Assembly (NCBI RefSeq): GCF_964355755.1 | Contig: NC_092678.1 | Location: forward strand, 5,162,422-5,226,421 | Reading direction: 5' to 3' | DNA from: Antedon mediterranea | Taxonomy: Eukaryota > Animalia > Echinodermata | DNA length: 64,000 bases | Notes under the pieces: model-generated | The model's database searches: none | Told to the model about the DNA's origin: nothing | What the model saw: only the letters and a program-made list of their open reading frames with translations | Made by a program: the position numbers and the translations under genes | In this document: one piece after another, positions 1 through 11,800 of the stretch | Layout: each line of letters opens with the position of its first letter | Position numbering within the stretch: the stretch's first letter is position 1

Positions 1-104
1 AAGATATCACCGCCGCCGCCCCAGGTAACCACCAATACAAACTGCACGTACTCAACAACTCAACAAGAAAGCTAAACTTTACTAGCTTGTTAACGTTTTT
101 CGTA

Positions 105-3100
105 ATGGAAACTATAAGCGAACTAACAGAGTCATTGCAGGAGAGGGAAAAGGATGGAACCGGAGCAGGAGACAGTAGGCCTACTATATTGCCCAGTATT
201 GAAACATCAAACACCAGTATGACAAGAAAACGCGGTGAGTTATTTAATCTTCTTAAACTTCTTCTGCTTTTGACAACCTATACCTACAGTAGGCTACCTC
301 TCGATATTTTTTTTCTGAAAATGTTAAATACACGATTTTATCTTGCATCTAGACTATGAATAAAGAAGAGTATTTTGTAGGCCCTAGGCTACTTAATATA
401 GGCCTATTCCTATGTCTATTGATATGATGTTAGGCCGGATGTTGGTTATTAAAATATTATATTAATTCATGATTTATTGTCATTCTATTTCTATCTTTTA
501 CAATACAATATTTACTTTGCCATAATAAAAGCGTAGGCCTATATTAAATACAGTATTCGCGTGAAATCAATAATATTTTAAAGCGACATTTCAAAGTATA
601 GGCGCCTACTTGTTGATATTAAAACATCTATATCAACAGCAGCTGTTCATACTTCCTGTCTTTAGAAATTCAAATTCAAGATGACCACCTCAACGCCGCC
701 GAGATGTGTAAGATTGGTTTTTGAAATCAAATGTTTATCTTTAGCAGTGTCCGTTAAGCTACGTTTACACTGAGCAGAACACCGGATCAAATCCGTACGG
801 AATCCGGTGTTGGTTAGTGTGAACGCTTCTATTCTTAACACTAAACCCATTCCTCGATTGTTTTCAGTGTGAACCTAGCTTTAGAAATTACAGAAATTTT
901 AACAATTAGTTTGTTTAATTAAAATTATATTTTAGACGTTGGCGTTCCATAATGTTTAATTATAATGACATGACGTCCTATAGAAATGTATTAGCTCCAA
1001 TCATACCGTACCATATTTCACAGAATTTTGCTAATAATACATCATTATTCATCTGAAAATTACAGATATCAGACGAAGTGCAATGGGCGAATACATTGTT
1101 CCAAATGGGGAGGTTCCTCTCACTCAACAAGGTAAACATTTTTGTTGGTTATTGTTTGTAGGCCTTTAACATAATTTAAAGATAATGTTACGCGCGCGTC
1201 AATAGGAAATTCCATAATAATGTAAACTTTTTTTCTCAATCAAAGCAATTCCGTTACCAGGCCCTGCTGATTACCAACCAAAAGTATATCTGACGTCACC
1301 TCTGAAACCACAATACTCTATTGTTGGCCGACCAAAACCTGCAAAATGTAAGACAAACAGACAGTTATTATATTGATACTAAACAAATTGATTCCTATCG
1401 CACTTACAATTGATAAGATAGAAGTTTGAATAGTCCGTATTGCACTTTAAATAGTACCGTATTGCATTTTATTTTATAGTGCCTCAACATCCGGGTCCAG
1501 CAGACTACAAAACGACAGGAGATATGACATGGAGAGACAGACACGTGACTCTTAAGTCTAAGGGTAAAACATGTCCACATGGTTTAAAACGTAAGTATAC
1601 AAAATATGCAATCTATATAATTATTTTGACTGTGATCTAATGTTGGCGGCAACACAAGGACGTAGCTCATCGCATTTTGGACTAATAACAACGCAATGGA
1701 TCATCCGAACTGTCGCTCATGATTGGTCAACTTACTTGAGTTGCGCGAGCGCCTGACGTTACGTCCAAGAACTGACTAAACGTAGCCGTTTATAATAATA
1801 ATAAAGAAAATGAATTAATTGTATTTTATATGATAGCTGATCATCATTTAACGTGCAGTCTGGGACCTGCTGGGTACGCAGTACAGTACAACGATACAGG
1901 CAAACACGCACCAAGAGTTGGTATGTCGTACCGACACGCGGAGGGCGTGAACGCAGGCCATCCGAGCCAGTTGGTACAACCAGTAGACACCTACGGTATG
2001 TGATATTCAAGAATTTATGGTGCGGCAATCAATATAAGTATGCGCTGTCGAATAGAAATATTCGATCGTGTACTTCAGAACCCCGGTGCCCGCAAGGATC
2101 TGGTTTTGGCAACGGCTTTTGCTTTGTGTGTACTGTGCGCGGGCGTTAAAACGGTCAAGGCGATATCAGGACGGTCAATAAGATGGTCAAGACCGTCAAG
2201 CGCTTATTGAAATGAAACCATATTGTTAGTTATTACTTGATAAATAAACAATTAAATTTTATATACAGGTGTCAAAACACCCGGGCCAAATGCTTATCGC
2301 CCAAAATCCCCCACTCGTGGCCCAAAGAAATCTTTTGGAAGTGGTCGTCGAATTAATGCGGAGACGCTTGGCCCGGGCCCAGCTGGTTACACCATTCAAG
2401 ATACAAGTGTAATAGGGCCGGCGTACAGTTTATCAAAGAGGCTACCATCGGAATGGCAAAAAGGTAATAACAGTTATTGTAATTATTAATAACAATGTAG
2501 TTTGATAACTATAGTTTTTAATTTATTTAAAAGTAAATATACGTTTATATCCCATTTACCTTTTCAGTGTCAGACAGCCCATCTGCAAATAAATACAACA
2601 TAGGGACAACCATAGGCAAAGGAGTTGCTATGTCGATACACAGCAGGCAGCCATTGCGAAAGAGTGGTAATGTTGCATTGTTTTTTTAATATTATGCTGT
2701 TTAAAAATTTGATGTTAAATAATACATTCATTAACTTATTTGTTCTTTTTTTTAGATGAAGACCCAAAAAACATTGGACCTAGTCCAAACGCTTACGTGA
2801 TGCGTGATCTTATGACGTATTCGTACGCGCCAGCTTACACCATGACGTACAAACCATTTGAAAATAACGGTAAGTACGGTGACCTATCACGCGCGCGCTT
2901 CTTGTGACGTAACGTCAAACTTTTTCAATTTTTAAAAATTATTTTTATAGAAAAATCGGAACCGAGTCCTGCCCACTACAAACCCAGTAGCAGAACTCTT
3001 CCTAAAGCGGCAGCATTTTCTTGTGGCAGACATTGCAAACCGTGCTTTCCGGACATCCTAGAATATCCAAATATGGGTAAGATACGTCATCTCTCAGTAC

Positions 3101-3998
3101 ACGTCATCTCTATGACGTAGTACAAAAGTGAAATGAGCTAATTGTACTGTTTTTAAAAGTCAAACGTTGTTTTTGTTTGCACCTGCCATATTTTAACATT
3201 TGTTTTCTTAAATTTAAGCTAAGAATAATACGACTCCTGGTCCAGGTGCATATCACAGATCTAAGAAGTTCACCGATAACGATAAACCAGCATACACAAT
3301 GAAGGGACCCGCAAAATCAAAAACAAGTAAGAAAGCTAGCCTACTTTTTTATGCACCAACTATTGTGCTATTTTTTTCTATCTTTCTTTTTATTTTTCAT
3401 TTTCTTCTGCAGACGAAGTTCCTGGACCGAACCACTACGATATAACAGTGTTACATCGACCAGACGGTAAAACAGCACCAAGTTTCTCAATGGCCAAACG
3501 ATGTACAAAACCAGTAATAAGTAAGCCAAACTTAACTCAGTATTGACTTAACTCAGTATAGACTCTCATCTGTAGGCCTACGCGTATTTTTAACAATGTG
3601 CGCGCAACACACTGTTTCTGCCAATTAGAAAATTAACAAATTCTTTTTCGCCAACAGAGAATGACAATCCGGGACCAAACGTTTACAATCCTCGCGTGGA
3701 CACGAATGATGGCCCTAGTTATAGCATGACAAAACGACCACAGAAAATGAAACGTAAGTTCGTACTTAACTAGATTTAGTTGGTTTTTCAAAAGCTGCTG
3801 TCTGATAAACGTTTACTAACTGTTATTTTCGCCATTTCAGTAAAGCCAAGTCCAGCACCTAATTCATACATCGTAGGAACAGGTCAAACAAGTAGAGGTC
3901 ACTATTCAGGGGCAAAGGCAACATTCAAATCACGTGGTACTCCATACGTATATGGTGGTTTCGCCTTACAGTCATCGGTTAGGCTTCTACAGAACTAG
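105..3998 (+). CDS. ODF3/SHIPPO (PGP-repeat) ciliary microtubule-associated protein, 12 exons, ~489 aa
   Basis: Exons 105-234, 1066-1131, 1480-1590, 1837-1995, 2269-2463, 2568-2666, 2756-2869, 2951-3076, 3219-3326, 3413-3520, 3658-3753 and 3841-3998 splice in frame through GT-AG, phase-1 introns. Repeated motifs HPGPADY, TPGPNAY, GPGPAGY, TPGPGAY, VPGPNHY, NPGPNVY with PAYS/PSFSM linkers are typical of SHIPPO repeats. AATAAA at ~4042. Confidence 0.85.
757..880. mobile_element. PIF/Harbinger-like MITE
   Basis: TIRs AGCTACGTTTACACTGA ... TCAGTGTGAACCTAGCT, with TTA on both flanks. Confidence 0.65.
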
Positions 3999-4524
3999 TC
4001 CGCATCAATACATATAATAGGCCTAGACATTTACTAATTAAAATAAAACGATTATAAGAAACCTATTGTAAACGCATTTTATGTTGGATCGGGATTTCGT
4101 TAGAAAATGAGTGAGTGTCTAAGCTTGATTCCCAATTGGCTGCAAGTAATTTGGCCAATCACGAAGCGATTACTCAAGTTTCACTTGTGATTGGTCAACT
4201 CACTTGCGGCCAATTGAGATTCATTTTAATTTGCTACGTGTTTCAATTGATAATATATTGATCTATATAATGTAGAAAGGTAAAAAAATACACAACTTTA
4301 CATAAATTTCGATAAACAAACTTGTACAAAATAGAAAGTATTTTATTCAGCTTGAAAACAATAAAATAACATTAATAAGCTTAAATCTTCGTCCAGAATA
4401 CACAACTGTTATTAAATTTATTTGTTTATACTGTATCGTCAAACCAGGAATGTGATAAGTAAAGTTATATTTGTATTTTAGTAAGTAGATCTGTGATTAT
4501 TATTCTGTGGAACTGACGTTTACA

Positions 4525-4716
4525 GTCATGGCAACGCGTATGCGCATGCGTAATCATCATGTGATTTAAATTTATTATGAACTACTGGCCAATCAGAAGC
4601 AACATCAACCATCTACCACACACACGTGACCAGGCGTCAGGCGACACCACCACCGAGGCGCGGCCCTTCAAACGGACATATCGACGACACGGCGAAATAA
4701 AATAAAAGTGGTAAGT
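4525..4716 (+). promoter_or_regulatory. Putative promoter and non-coding first exon with no assigned gene
   Basis: CpG-rich patch with an RFX half-site GTCATGGCAAC (4525), NRF1-like TGCGCATGCG (4541), CCAAT (4589), E-box CACGTGAC (4623) and a consensus donor GTG|GTAAGT at 4711. Confidence 0.5.
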
Positions 4717-4758
4717 AATACATTCATTGAGAATTGTCTGAATTTACGTTGTTAGTAT

Positions 4759-7700
4759 TAGTAGAGAGGCCAAATACACAAAAGTCCTCTATAAAAAGTT
4801 TGGGGGGCATTTTTTGTTAATAGCAGGCAACCATGTTGAATGTATCCTTTGTGGGGTGACAAAAACGATAGGGGTGGATGCCATCTTCAGTTTTGGGTTT
4901 TAAGGTCAGTTTATGTGGTCAAGAGGTCAAACAAGGTCAAAATATAGGATTTTTTTTTATTCACGGAAAATCATCTACATCATCAGATCTATCCAAAAAA
5001 GGTATATCTGAAGATCAACTGATGCTTCATATTATAGTAATTATGAGATAAACATTTAATTTTACACATAAAAACATAGGAAATTAGATATAAAAGTGTC
5101 ATTTTCTCAAAATGTTATTTTCACATATTTCTGTAAAGTACACACAGTTTTTTAATAGGCTTTTCCCAGTCTGTTGTAAATTTGTCTTTTTTATGTTGTC
5201 CACCAGTCATCGTTTTGATTTTTGTCGGAAAAAATAGGTCAAGTGTTATATGTATGAAACGCCATATGTGCCAAAAGATTGGTCTTTTACTATAATATTA
5301 ATATTACCTATAATAATGTAATACAGTAATATTTAGAAATTTGTTTTTAGAAAAATTAATAATATTACCTATAATAATGTAATAATATTTAGAAATTTGT
5401 TTTTAGAAAAATTTCGAAAACAGAGACCTAATATGACCTAATGTCGAGATGTTTTGGTTTGGGTCAGAGACCCCCTATAATGTAATTATTTAAACATATT
5501 TTTCATTATTTCAATGATACAAGTTTTTATTGAAGTTTGTTGTTTCAAGAAATCTCGAAAGAGAAACCTGGGTATCGAGTCTTTGTTTTAAAAAACCCTG
5601 ACTATTGGACTTTATCAAGGTTGGAAGGAGTGTTAATTGGGGACTTCTTCTTGAGGCCTTCGCATCTATGCTATCATGGCTGACGGTGATAACAAATATA
5701 AAACTCCTTAAGTAATTAAGAAGTCCTTTATACACATGGATAAAGACGGTTTTAACGTTATTTACAAACCTTACGTTACGTACTGTGTCCAGGTATGAAA
5801 TCCATTTCTCCCAAAAAGTAAATGCACTTGAAGAGGACAGCGTCATGCGACAAATCAAATTCCAGCTACCCATTCTTATTCATATGAAGATCGTTTAAAG
5901 TTGGCTTGGCCGAACAACCCTGTATGACGGACGAATTCATGGTGACTTGATTGAAAATTTTCAAAAGATTTCGAGGGTGTAGCCAAGGAAGACTTCCTTC
6001 AAATAAGATGCATTCAAGCAGAGATACACAAGGACATCAGCTTAGACTTTTTAAACCTAAATTTCACAAAGGACTGATAGGAGATCCACTTTTTCACAAA
6101 TTAGTAATTATATATTTTAATAGTTTGCCAACCAAAGTCGTCATTTCTGAAACCACCAACACATTTAAAAACCGATTGGATTCGTTGTAGAAATTAGGTC
6201 AAAAGGGTAAACAAATTTACTATCAGAACCAATATTCTAAACACTGAGTGGATGATTGATCAATTCAAAATAGAATCATTGGTATAACAAGAAACGCTGT
6301 ACTTCATTGATAGGTTCTGCATGACATGGTCAGACTGATCACGAATCACACATAATACACAATATTCTTTCGAACTGACAGATGATAAGGAAGATCTTAT
6401 ATTTAAAGTAACAACTTATTGAAAGAAAGAAAAACAGTAGAACTTAGAACTACATGAGCCACTGAGAAAGCATCGCTCTAAACCTTTGCGGATTTCTATA
6501 AGGCAACTGTTTTGATAAAGTATATAACTGACAGAAAATCTGCTGATGAACCATTGGAGTATGATCATAACCCAATTTTAATATCTTTAACCAAATATGA
6601 CTTCACATATCTTGATGGATGGCGTTGAAATACCCACAGATGTTCCAGAAGAAAACTTACAGTAAAAACATGATGGTCATGCACTATAGGATGCAGTAAA
6701 CATGGCTGTAAACATTTGGTGACTATGCAAGTATTTATGCAAGTTACCTAGATATTTCGTCATTTTGTTGTATTTGATCATTACATTGGAAAGGGGTGGA
6801 TAAAAGCAGTGACACGATTGAAAGGATAGTCCCAATGTACTAATCTGTACTTCCGTATGTGTTTTGGGCCACACTCATCGGTTTGGAGGAGAACAAATAT
6901 CACACAGTTTTTAGACATTCTTTATGTCAATAACAAAGAGCTTGCAATTATACATGAAAGTTGATGTTAATTAATGATATGCACTTTGTAACAGTAGCCT
7001 TCAAAAGTATGGACGATGTCTGGTATATATAGTGAACAATAAAGTGGTTGAAAACCTATTAAGAATAATCTAACCAGCTTCCATGCCATTGCAGCACATC
7101 ATTATTTGCTGATTATGGGAAGAGGTCATACTGGAAATCATTTGTAACGCATCCACTCCTTGTAAATGGAATTGATTAAGATTAAGACTTTCCACGTACA
7201 GTGTACACTAAAGTTTAATATTGCCAAATATATGGTACTCTTCAGCAGATAACTGTATAGACTACAGACTACTCTTTGGTGCTACCTCCATCTAGACTCA
7301 GTGACCATATACCATTCACACTAGTGATATATTTCCCTTAAATATTAAGTATTTCACTTCACTTAATAAATATTTAAGTACCTGTATTTCTACTTCGGGA
7401 AACACTTAAAATTAAAAAAACTCACCTATGGTGAATACAGACATCATAGAACCTAAACATACGAGCCAACTATTAGCAGAGATCAGGTTGTGGCCTAAAT
7501 GAATCGGGTCGTTTGGAAGCCCCTAACCCAGTTGTCAGTTTGGAACTTGTTACATGTGTATGTAAACTAAAGAGCCAGATGAAGTTGTTACAGAAAGCAT
7601 GCATATGTGGTTGTGATTCAATCGTTTGCCGTTACCCAGATGGCCAGTAGGCATTATATATCAGTGCTTGAAGAAATACCCACCACAGAGCGTTACCTCC

Positions 7701-8340
7701 TTCCATCCCAGAAAAACTTCGAATATTGGCATGTGCCCATGCCGCCCATTACTCCCAACCCACAAACCCTCTGTGACCGTTTTTAAATGAAATTTAAGAC
7801 ATTCCAGTAGGCCTCCAATTTCGGTTATTTTGATACTCTAGGACTCAGCCTCTCCATTCCTTGAACACCTTCCAAGAGTGACTCAAAAATTTTAAAATCT
7901 TCCCAGTACAATTCTGATCTTTTTGATACCACACTATAACCATCAGCCCAAGGCTATCATGAAAATTATATTTATTTCAATTATTAATACCGATAATTAA
8001 CAGTGTCTGTGCTCTATTTGACCTTATGACCTTGAAAATGACCTTTAAACTTGTAAGTTGAAAAATTGATGAACTTCACCATCTGCAGCAATATGTCAAT
8101 AATGATCCAACAATGGTTACATTTCTTTTAATTAGCTTATATGTTGTTGAAAACAGCTTAAACCTCTATTTTACCATATTTGACCTTATAACCTTGAAAA
8201 TGACCTTTGACCTGAAATTTGAGAGCGGCATCCACCCCTATCTTTTTTGTCATCCCATAAGGGATATATTCCACATGGTTGCCTGCTATTAACAGAAAAT
8301 GCCCCCCATGATGAAAAAGCTCACATTGGCCGCCCTACTA
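4759..8340 (+). mobile_element. Decayed Academ-like DNA transposon
   Basis: Imperfect ~120-bp TIRs (TAGTAGAGAGGCCAA...GGGGTGGATGCC / GGCATCCACCCC...TTGGCCGCCCTACTA), TAG..CTA termini and a 3-bp TAT duplication. Internal frameshifted motifs DGHAL..TFGDYA (~6675), FHAI..STSLFADYGKRSYWK (~7080), IRANY (~7460) and a Cys-rich tail (~7550-7640). Confidence 0.7.
5838..6190 (+). mobile_element. CR1/L2-type LINE 3' fragment nested in the Academ-like element
   Basis: Degenerate RT C-terminal motifs SYEDRLK, GDLIE, TQGHQLRLFKP and NSLPTKVV..NTFKNRLD. Confidence 0.65.
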
Positions 8341-8858
8341 TATGATGAAAGGCATGACACAAACGAAGTAAATATGAAACTAAACGTCGTTATCACCTAC
8401 CTGCAAGTCCTAGCTAGGCCATCCTACTATAGTACTACCACAGCACGGAACTAAGAACCAGGGAAGAGAATGATTTGCCTCGTACATATACGCGAACACA
8501 AGTATCGAATCACGTCGGCCTAGGATTAGATCGAAAATAACTTCTGTGGGTGAACTGCCTTGACGTAAGTCTCGGCCAATAATCACAATTGGATCTGAAT
8601 TAGTGTCTACTACTTTCTAACATGTTTTAAGTACCAAAAAATGTTTTTAGTTGTAAACTTATCATTACTACAATCCCCTCACCTAAAACCCACCCCCCAA
8701 AAATACCATTGTTCAAACAATATCATAAGTAGATTTTTGTAAGCATATAAAAAGGCATGGAAAACAATATGAGAATGGAAAGAGAAAGAAAATAATTAGA
8801 TTAAATTTTTTAAATAAAATCAATCATAATATTATTATTAAATATTTATTATTATTAA

Positions 8859-11800
8859 TTAAAGTTCTGTTTTTGAATTGTCTATAACTGATTTATCTAA
8901 TTCCTCTTTTACTATATCGCCTTCAAAATTATCTGGTAATACTTCGTCTTTTTGATTTGTTTCTTTTTGTTTGTTGGTTTCATTATTGTTACTGGTTTCT
9001 TTTTCTTCTTCTTTTTCTTCGTTTGTGTCATCAACTATTTCTTCATCGTCCTCTTCATCTTAAAAAAATGAAAACAGGCATCTGTTACTTTTCTGGTTTT
9101 CAGAAAAAATGTATCTCTGATTTTTTTCTTTGTTCTACCACAATGATAGTCCTGGCCAAATCACAAGAACGTTATGCACATTGTTATTGTGATTCTTTTA
9201 TTCTCATCTACTGTATTCACTTTACAACTGTCACTGATCTTCAAGGCCAAGCTCCAAAGTGAGCCACCTGGAATAACTAGTACTTATGAACACAAATATG
9301 AACACAAATGACACAAATTGGTCCCTAGACTTAATAGGAACATATAAAAGTACCAAATTGGACCTTACAATGATAAAAGTAAAAGATAATTCAAATGTAA
9401 AAAATTCTTATACAGTATTTATTTCATAAATAGTATACCACATCTAACCTTACAACACAGCACTTTCATTACACATATAAAATTGTTTTAATAAATTACA
9501 AATTAATTTCAATACAGGTGGTTCTTAATGTCCAAACATTACTTATTCAGCCTATGGTAAAAACACATTGATTTGAATACAGGTGGTTTTATTTAGTTTA
9601 AATAATTGAATATACAGGTGCCAGCTCAGTATATTGAATAAATTAAGGTCCTTTTCTTAACAACATAATTGTACCTGGAAGGATATCTCAAAGGGTGAAC
9701 AATCACCAAATTATTAAAATGTTAATAACATATTCTAATACCGCATTAAGCACACTTAAAATGGAGGTTCAAAGGTCAAACTATTTCAAGTATAAACTTG
9801 GTAAGTATTGCATAAGTCCAGACCAAATCAGTATCATCCACTATTGAATAAAACTATTATTGCAAATTGTGTTAAAAATGGACGATACCAAGAAGCACAT
9901 TCAATCTTGGTTTCTTAACTAACTCATTAAAAAAACAACCCACACTCTCTTACTTTAACTTAAGTACATGTACACATTCAATACAAATAAATAAAATCAT
10001 GTACTACAAATGGACATTTCTAAGTACTATTACTTCAGAAGAAATTTAAAAACTTCAGAAAATTCATGATAGAAATTACAAGTTTGCAAGATTAGAATTC
10101 AACCATCTAATTTCAAAGGCTTATCAAATATTTTCGACAGATACCAAAATCCAAGGCCTAGACCAAATACCATAGCTAGCAAGGGACTGTTACGACTGGC
10201 TATTATGGACCCAATTAGTATAAAGAAATACAAAACATAGGTAAGGATCTCCCCGGTGGTTGAAAGCTCAGTTCTCTTCTGTGATAACTGTGAAACTGGA
10301 AGACAAGAAGAAAAAGGGCCTAATAAATCAAATGAAATAGAAAATAAAATCAATAAAAGCCTAGCAAATAAGTTTGAGAAGAAGGGTTACCTATTTGATA
10401 TATATTACTCTAGAGAAATAGGACTACAAAACCACAAAATATTATGACCTCTGACCTAACCAATCAAAACTACTATGATCACCTCCGCAATAAATGCTTA
10501 AGAATGATTGTAGAATACTTAATAAGTTAGAATACGTACTTAATAAGTTTGAATACTTACTTAATAAGTTTGAATACTTACTTAATAAGTTTGAATACTT
10601 ACTTAATAAGTTTGAATACTTACTTAATAAGTTTGAATACTTACTTAATAAGTTTGAATACTTACTTAATAAGTTTGAATACTTACTTAATAAGTTTGAA
10701 TACTTACTTAATAAGTTTGAATACTTACTTAATAAGTTTGAATACTTACTTAATAAGTTTGAATACTTACTTAATAAGTTTGAATACTTACTTAATAAGT
10801 TAGAATACGTACTTAATAAGTTAGAATACGTACTTAATAAGTTTGAATACTTACTTAATAAGTTTGAATACTTACTTAATAAGTTTAAATACTTACTTAA
10901 TAAGTTAGAATACTTACTTAATAAGTTAGAATACTTACTTAATAAGTTAGAATACTTACTTAATAAGTTTGAATACTTACTTAATAAGTTTAAATACTTA
11001 CTTAATAACTTAGAATACTTACTTAATTTTTTATCAATGCACTCTCCTCCCATCAATTCAAAGCCATCCTCACAATCACACCGATATCGTCCAGGAACAT
11101 TCTTGCACATTTTGTGTTCGCCTGTGCATCCATGGTCATCACCTTCACATTCATTTATATCTATAAAAACATAAAATATACCGTTATATATGTCTTTCAA
11201 GTCAATCGGTTTTGAAACTTTTAGTCTTAGCAGCACTAAGTCTAACTTTGTAGTATAGGCCTTAAGCTCTGTCTACACTATCAAACTTTATGTGACAAAA
11301 AAATGTGATGTGCCCATATTTTACTTCTGCTGCCTCTCGCTTATGGAATGACCTACCCGCCTCTATTAGATCATGTTCTTCTACTATCGCCTTTAAATTT
11401 CTTTCAAATTGAGCTCTCTCATACTTACTGCTGGAATTGGCGCATTACAAATTCGTATTATTATTATGGGCCCAATGGTGTCATATCACTACTATATTTG
11501 GACACATCACGCTTTTTGATAGTGGAGACAAAGCTTAAGCCTAAATTGCCTTTCTTCGCAATATTTATTGCTTCCAAGATTGCCAATTGTTTTGTAGTTT
11601 TTGGATAACAAAATACGACACTTCATTTAAGATCATGTCAAAATTGTTCTTCTCCAGTTACTGCAGTAACTACATTTTCTACCTTATGAACGCACATTAT
11701 TTAAACGTGGAAGTTTATAAGGGACTCGCTGCAATAAACCATTTGTTTATATTACCTAAATGAGGCTTGGTTGCTTACCTTCACAAATTCCTTCATTCAT

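Noticed and set aside
10494-11174. + strand ORF (LLNKFEY)n
   Set aside because: Antisense shadow of the CRELD exon plus the 21-bp repeat; no independent gene signals.
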